Part shown: positions 26,613 to 32,000 of the stretch, in pieces
Position numbering within the stretch: position 1 is the first letter of the stretch
How the letters are laid out: every line of letters begins with the position of its first letter
Assembly: GCF_003231495.1 (NCBI RefSeq)
Contig: NZ_PQWO01000016.1
Span: forward strand, 1-32,000
Reading direction: 5' to 3'
Length of the DNA: 32,000 nt
Source of the DNA: Acaryochloris thomasi RCC1774
Lineage (GTDB): Bacteria; Cyanobacteriota; Cyanobacteriia; Thermosynechococcales; Thermosynechococcaceae
The notes under the pieces: generated by a model
The model's database searches: none
Told to the model about the DNA's origin: nothing
The model's input: only the letters and a program-made list of their open reading frames with translations
Program-made: the position numbers and the translations under genes

Positions 26613-26874
26613 GAAAAATCTCCAGAATCAGAGAGAGTGGCTAGTTAGATTCGGAGACAAGCTTAGAGTCATCATCATTAAGCGAACTGCACAGCCGAAA
26701 ACAAACTTTTTTTGAGCTTATCACGAAGTGATGGGAAACATTTCACCACTTGTTAGGAAACAACTAAACTCTCATAAACGTTAACAAAAGCCCTTCTCCA
26801 GAGGCAGACAGACCCTACTACCTAACGATTCTTTAAGAACTAAAATTCAGTATATCTTGATACAAAATTTTGGT

Positions 26875-27132
26875 TTACCGCTGCCATTCTTCAGAATCAA
26901 AGTCATCTAGATTGAGATCAGCATTTGAGGATGCGGTCGCTTGCCCAGCAGGCCGCAACAGGGCCACCAAAAATAGCCCCACACTAACGGCCAGTACGAG
27001 CATCATCCCGAAGGGTAACGGTACAGATTGCCAGATGAGTAACTTGATGGATACCGCCGCCGCGTTCTGAACGGAGAGTAATGCTGCTGCCGTAATCCCA
27101 AGGCCCAGTAGACAAGACAGAAGAAAATGCAT
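26875..27132 (-). CDS. LapA-domain (DUF1049) small membrane protein
   Basis: 85 aa with two TM helices. The pattern LLSVQNAAAVSIKLLIWQSVPLPFGMMLVLAVSVG is typical of DUF1049. Confidence 0.7.
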   Translation of the reverse strand: MHFLLSCLLGLGITAAALLSVQNAAAVSIKLLIWQSVPLPFGMMLVLAVSVGLFLVALLRPAGQATASSNADLNLDDFDSEEWQR

Positions 27133-27358
27133 ATCAATATGGATGGAGCGACTTCATTCATAGCTTAAGCGATGGCCCAGTCTGCCCTCTGTGTTCGCTT
27201 TTGATTTTCACCTCTTTAGGCAAGAGAGGCACACTTAGCCTTTCGTTTGGTAAATCTCTCCCAATGGCTCGTCAAGCTAGGACGGGGTATAGTATTCTGC
27301 CAACGTTGCCCTTGAATGGCTTTTAATGGCTCACGCCGCTTAACTAGGAACCTCACCC

Positions 27359-29809
27359 ATGGCGAAACAACTGAATCTGCTCTCTGCTGGACGGGTTATT
27401 GCCACAGCCCTGAGCACCGAGATGGAACAGTCCTACTTGGAATATGCCATGAGTGTGATTGTGGGGCGGGCGTTGCCCGATGTCCGTGATGGTCTCAAGC
27501 CCGTGCATCGACGCATTCTGTATGCCATGCATGAGCTAGGGCTAACGCCAGACCGCCCTTATCGCAAATGCGCGCGTGTCGTAGGAGACGTGCTAGGTAA
27601 ATACCATCCCCACGGCGATCAGTCAGTCTACGACGCTTTAGTGCGGATGGTGCAGAGCTTTTCCAGTCGCTATCCGCTGGTGGCGGGGCACGGAAATTTT
27701 GGCTCTGTGGATAATGACCCTCCGGCGGCAATGCGGTATACCGAAACGCGGCTCTCTACCTTCGGCAACATCAGCCTGCTAGAAGATGTCGGGGAAGAGA
27801 CGGTTGGCTTTGTCGGCAACTTTGATAATTCACAGCAGGAACCCACGGTTTTACCCGCTCAGCTCCCGACACTGCTGCTGAATGGTTGTTCTGGCATTGC
27901 GGTGGGGATGGCAACCAACATTCCGCCTCATAACCTGGGTGAGATTGTTGATGCTTTGATTGCCCTCATTGATCGCCCCGAACTCAGTCCTGAGGAGTTG
28001 CTAGAAATTGTGCCCGGTCCCGACTTCCCGACGGGGGGCGAAATTATGGGGCAGACGGGCATTACGGAAGCCTATGCGACAGGACGCGGCAGCATTACGG
28101 TAAGGGCCGTCACCCGCATTGAGGAGGTGCAGCCGGGACGAGGTCGCCATCGCCGTCCGGTGATTGTAGTAACAGAGATGCCCTACCAGGTAAATAAGGC
28201 AGGGTGCATCGAGAAAATTGCGTCGCTGATTAGCCAAGGCCGTCTGGAGGGAATCGCTGATCTGCGGGATGAGAGCGACCGTGAAGGGATGCGGGTGGTG
28301 ATTGAGCTGAAGCGTGAGAGTGACCCAGAAGTTGTGCTTTCACACCTGTACCGCCTGACGCCGCTGCAGTCTAACTTTGGCGTCATTATGTTGGCGATTG
28401 TCAATGGACAGCCTGTTCAGCTTTCGTTGAAAGAGGTGCTGCAGGAGTTCCTTGACTTTCGGGAAGAGACGCTGACTCGTCGCTATCGCTATCAGCTTGA
28501 GCAGGCTCAAACGCGTATTCACCTGGTAGAGGGACTGCGTTCGGCCTTAGGTAACGTAGATACTGTTGTTGAGATTCTGCGGCAAGCAGCAGATGGCACG
28601 ACGGCCAAGTATGAGCTGCAGAATCAGCTTGATTTAAGCGATCGCCAAGCCGATGCGATTTTGGCGATGCCGATGCGACGCTTAACGGGATTGGAACAGC
28701 AAAAATTAAAAGAAGAGTTTGATGAGCTAACCACTCAAATCCAAGGTTTAGAGGTGCTGCTCGGTAGTCGCCACGAACTTTTCAAATCGCTTAAGCAGGA
28801 TTTTCGAGCACTGAAGCGCCAGCACAACGATGAGCGCCGCACCCATCTTCAGTTGGCGGCGGCACCAAAGACCGTGGCGGTTCGCTCTGCTGACGATCCG
28901 GTCACGGTAGAGATCAGTCAGCGCGGTTATGTTCGCTGTCTTCGTTCTACGCCCCGGCCCCGTTCACAGAAGGCGGCGGAGTGGCAGGAACAGCCCCGCG
29001 ATTTGCCCCTGCGTCTGTCTAATACGCGATTGTCTGATGAAATTGTCACCTTTACGAACAGCGGTAAGGCCTACCAGGTGCCGCTACAGTCGGTGCCGCT
29101 GACTTCGAATAAGGCCCGTGGCGTGCCATTGATGACGCTGCAGCCTGAGAGCGCTCACAAGGAAGAGATTGCAACCTACTTTTTTAGATCTGCGGTTGAT
29201 CCTGAATCTCGCCTGATTTTGTTGACGGAGCAGGGGCGGATCAAGATGCTGCCCTGGTCTGATTTCGCCGATATTACGGCGCGCGGATTAGGGGCGATTA
29301 AGCTCAAGGATGATGATCAGCTTCGCTGGGTGGTGCCCATTGGGGAGGAGAGTGAAGTTGCGATCGCAACTTCAACAGGTCGCCTCCTACGCATCCCCGT
29401 CACCGAAGTTCCTGAAATGGGCCGCACCGCTCAAGGGAACCGGGCTTTGCGACTCCGCAAGCAGGAACAAATTGCAGGCATGGTGACCCTTACGGATGAT
29501 AGCGCCCTCGTGCTGCTCTCCAGTCGCGGCTACTGCAAACGTCTACCGATCGATTTCTTCCGTATTGGAAAGCTGGGTGATGTGGGCAGTCAAGCCATTC
29601 AATTTGCCACTAAAACCGATGTACTCATTTCGGCTTTGCCCACCACCGCCGAGATTTTAGTCACCACCAATCAAGATCGGATCGCCTATCTCCCCACCGA
29701 TGATTTGCCCGTTGCGGGGAGAGAGGGGGCGGGACGGCAAGTTCTGAAGCCCCAGCGCGGAGAACTACTCGTAGGTGCCACACCGGTCTTCGATCAACCG
29801 GATGCCTAA
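27359..29809 (+). CDS. DNA gyrase/topoisomerase IV subunit A family protein (GyrA-box-less paralog)
   Basis: 816 aa. Contains [37 protein letters not shown], the active-site AAMRYTE, a coiled-coil region and a beta-pinwheel-like C-terminal domain. I could not find a QRRGGKG-type GyrA box. Confidence 0.9.
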   Translation: MAKQLNLLSAGRVIATALSTEMEQSYLEYAMSVIVGRALPDVRDGLKPVHRRILYAMHELGLTPDRPYRKCARVVGDVLGKYHPHGDQSVYDALVRMVQSFSSRYPLVAGHGNFGSVDNDPPAAMRYTETRLSTFGNISLLEDVGEETVGFVGNFDNSQQEPTVLPAQLPTLLLNGCSGIAVGMATNIPPHNLGEIVDALIALIDRPELSPEELLEIVPGPDFPTGGEIMGQTGITEAYATGRGSITVRAVTRIEEVQPGRGRHRRPVIVVTEMPYQVNKAGCIEKIASLISQGRLEGIADLRDESDREGMRVVIELKRESDPEVVLSHLYRLTPLQSNFGVIMLAIVNGQPVQLSLKEVLQEFLDFREETLTRRYRYQLEQAQTRIHLVEGLRSALGNVDTVVEILRQAADGTTAKYELQNQLDLSDRQADAILAMPMRRLTGLEQQKLKEEFDELTTQIQGLEVLLGSRHELFKSLKQDFRALKRQHNDERRTHLQLAAAPKTVAVRSADDPVTVEISQRGYVRCLRSTPRPRSQKAAEWQEQPRDLPLRLSNTRLSDEIVTFTNSGKAYQVPLQSVPLTSNKARGVPLMTLQPESAHKEEIATYFFRSAVDPESRLILLTEQGRIKMLPWSDFADITARGLGAIKLKDDDQLRWVVPIGEESEVAIATSTGRLLRIPVTEVPEMGRTAQGNRALRLRKQEQIAGMVTLTDDSALVLLSSRGYCKRLPIDFFRIGKLGDVGSQAIQFATKTDVLISALPTTAEILVTTNQDRIAYLPTDDLPVAGREGAGRQVLKPQRGELLVGATPVFDQPDA

Positions 29810-29881
29810 TGGTATCAATGGCTGGGCCTCCGCATCGCTTTCATACCTGTGGGCACATGATGACAAGCTAAAACTCGATGA

Positions 29882-31171
29882 ATGGCGAAATATCCTAAAA
29901 TTATCGTTTTCGATGATGATCCCACCGGTTCACAGACGGTGCATAGTTGCCTGCTGCTGCTGCAATGGGATGTGGAAACGCTGAGAGTGGGGCTTCGAGA
30001 TCCGTCCCCGCTATTGTTCATTCTCACCAATACCCGCGCCAATCCCCCAACCGTCGCGGCCCAAATTACACAAGAGGTCTGCCGGAATCTAAAGGCGGCA
30101 GTGACCGCTGAGGCGATTCAAGACTACCTTGTCGTCAGTCGATCAGATTCGACCCTCAGGGGGCACTATCCTCTGGAGACCGATATTATTGCTCAAGAAT
30201 TGGGTCCATTTGATGCCCATTTTTTGGTGCCCGCCTTTCTGGAAGGGGGACGGATCACACAGGAGAGCATCCACTACGTGCTCACAAGGGGAAAACGCAT
30301 TCCAGTTGAACAAACGGAATTTGCCCAAGATCCTGTATTTGGCTTTCAGCACAGCTACCTTCCTGACTATGTAGCCGAGAAAACCCAGGGGCGTATTACC
30401 GCTAGCCAAGTCGAGCGCTTTTTAGAGCCAGTGGAGCTGAAGCGCTTGCTGCAGCTCAAAGACAATCAGTGTGTAGTGGTAGATGCCCAAGTTCAGACTG
30501 ACCTCGATCAGTTTGCGGTTCAGGTACTACAGGCCACTCAGCAGGGAAAACGATTCCTATTTCGCAGTGCGGCGAGTTTGCTGACGGCTCTGGCACAACT
30601 CCCACCCCAGCCGGTGCCGGCAGAGCAAATAGGCCAATACCGACGTTCTGTAAATCCAGGCATTTTTATTGTCGGATCTCATGTCCAAAAAACAACGCAA
30701 CAGCTCAGCCATCTCTTGAAGCAGCCAGAGACAATTGGCATTGAGATCGATGTAGCTCGACTGAGCATGGACCTCTCCAGCGAAGTTATGAAGCAGGTGA
30801 GAATGGCTTACGAGCAAGGTAAAACGCTTGTGGTTTTCACAAGTCGCCAAGCATTGTCCTTTGCCGATGCAGAAACCCAACTACAGTTTGGACAAACCGT
30901 GTCTTCATTTTTGACGACGATCGTGCACAATCTGCCCGAGGTGGGGTATCTCGTCAGCAAAGGGGGAATAACCTCGAACGCGATTTTGACTGAGGGGCTA
31001 CAGCTCAAGCAGGTTCGATTGCTGGGGCAAGTTCTTCCCGGTTGCTGCTTGGTACGGACGGCTGCTGAGCATCCCACATTCCCCGAGCTTCCCGTCGTAC
31101 TTTGTCCAGGGAATGTAGGGGAGATAGACACGCTCACGGAGATCTATGAGCGATTTAGGGCTTACAGATAG
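29882..31171 (+). CDS. Four-carbon acid sugar kinase family protein (DUF1537; OtnK/DtnK-like)
   Basis: 429 aa with the N-terminal IIVFDDDPTGSQTV motif. The two-domain length and the C-terminal ...VSKGGITSN... block are typical of the family. Confidence 0.8.
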   Translation: MAKYPKIIVFDDDPTGSQTVHSCLLLLQWDVETLRVGLRDPSPLLFILTNTRANPPTVAAQITQEVCRNLKAAVTAEAIQDYLVVSRSDSTLRGHYPLETDIIAQELGPFDAHFLVPAFLEGGRITQESIHYVLTRGKRIPVEQTEFAQDPVFGFQHSYLPDYVAEKTQGRITASQVERFLEPVELKRLLQLKDNQCVVVDAQVQTDLDQFAVQVLQATQQGKRFLFRSAASLLTALAQLPPQPVPAEQIGQYRRSVNPGIFIVGSHVQKTTQQLSHLLKQPETIGIEIDVARLSMDLSSEVMKQVRMAYEQGKTLVVFTSRQALSFADAETQLQFGQTVSSFLTTIVHNLPEVGYLVSKGGITSNAILTEGLQLKQVRLLGQVLPGCCLVRTAAEHPTFPELPVVLCPGNVGEIDTLTEIYERFRAYR

Positions 31172-31260
31172 GCGCTCAATTGACAGGCAGGATGGGGTAG
31201 GGGAATGTGGTCTAGGTTCCACAGCCTAGAATGAAGGGAGTTTAGGAATCGTGTTCCGTT

Positions 31261-31908
31261 ATGGTTAGTGCCGTTCCTTTGGTTAAACAGCCTGTGCCGC
31301 AGCCGGTTGGTGAGCAGCGTGTGGTGCTGAGATCGCTTACCTGGCAGGGATATCTGGCCGTGCGACAGTCCCTTAGCTCTGATCGCAATACGCGTCTAAC
31401 CTACTCCGAAGGCACGTTAGAAATTACCATGCCCCTTGAGATTCATGAGTTTTCGGCTTGGTTGATTGGGCGCTTCATTTATATTCTGGCATCAGAGCTG
31501 GGAATGGAGATCAAGACAATGGGCTCAACAACGTTGGATCGACAGGTTTTGAATCGCTCCAGTGAACCAGATGCAGCCTATTACATTCAGAATCAGCCAT
31601 TAGTAGCGGGGCGGGATGTGGATTTGGATCAGGATCCACCGCCGGATTTGATTGTGGAGGTTGATATTACCCACACAGATATTGATAAGTTACGGCTGTA
31701 TGCGGCAATGGGCGTGCCGGAGTTTTGGCGATATAACGGCGAGATTTGGCGAGTTTATCAGTTGCAGGATTCTGTATATGAGGAGCTGAAGAGAAGTCCA
31801 ACTTTCCCACAGGTACCACAAGCAAAGCTATATGAGTTTTTGGCCGTGGCTCGGATGAGTGAGATGAAGGCTGACCGAGAGTTGCGAGAGTGGTTGCGAT
31901 CTTTATAG
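31261..31908 (+). CDS. Uma2 (DUF820) family PD-(D/E)xK endonuclease-like protein
   Basis: 215 aa. Contains LTWQGY...RLTYSEGTLEITMPLEIHE, then ...EPDAAYY...PPDLIVEVDITHTDIDKLRLYAAMGVPEFWRY. Confidence 0.85.
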   Translation: MVSAVPLVKQPVPQPVGEQRVVLRSLTWQGYLAVRQSLSSDRNTRLTYSEGTLEITMPLEIHEFSAWLIGRFIYILASELGMEIKTMGSTTLDRQVLNRSSEPDAAYYIQNQPLVAGRDVDLDQDPPPDLIVEVDITHTDIDKLRLYAAMGVPEFWRYNGEIWRVYQLQDSVYEELKRSPTFPQVPQAKLYEFLAVARMSEMKADRELREWLRSL

Positions 31909-32000
31909 TGGGGCGGCTTTGCTCACCCAGCTAAGTGCAGGGTAAGAAACGTAGGTGACACAGAGGTCATAATTAAAGTTATCCAGCGAGAGTCTATGCC

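Noticed and set aside
26734-26762. Twin GGAAACA motifs (plus strand) considered as a Yfr2-type sRNA
   Set aside because: I only vaguely recall such a motif for that sRNA family and cannot verify it. No promoter or terminator frames a plus-strand transcript here. I kept it only as a low-interest observation.

Overview
This is a cyanobacterial chromosomal segment. Supporting evidence: 14 copies of the HIP1 octamer GCGATCGC, plus PxcA/CemA, DUF4278, Uma2/DUF820 nucleases and an RRM-type Rbp. I count about 30 protein-coding genes, mostly housekeeping: argB-trmD, apt, uvrA, a CapD/PglF-like sugar dehydratase, pxcA, rplY/ctc, cobU, a GyrA-box-less GyrA/ParC paralog and a four-carbon acid sugar kinase. 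I saw no rRNA, tRNA, CRISPR array or intact mobile element. The accessory or odd content is: (1) three Uma2 nuclease genes, two of them convergent; (2) a low-GC islet directly downstream of uvrA carrying a YcxB-like gene interrupted by an in-frame TGA; (3) a heavily decayed Mn/Zn-type ABC transporter locus (ATPase remnant plus frame-disrupted permease) marked by short tandem duplications; (4) a ytxG/ytxH-like trio of membrane-anchored coiled-coil proteins; (5) an orphan terminator-like hairpin in a 546-bp gene-free spacer; (6) a 16-bp perfect direct repeat upstream of uvrA. I do not see a convincing new multi-gene system, and the interest scores reflect that. All functional calls rest on by-eye motif recognition, not on database searches.
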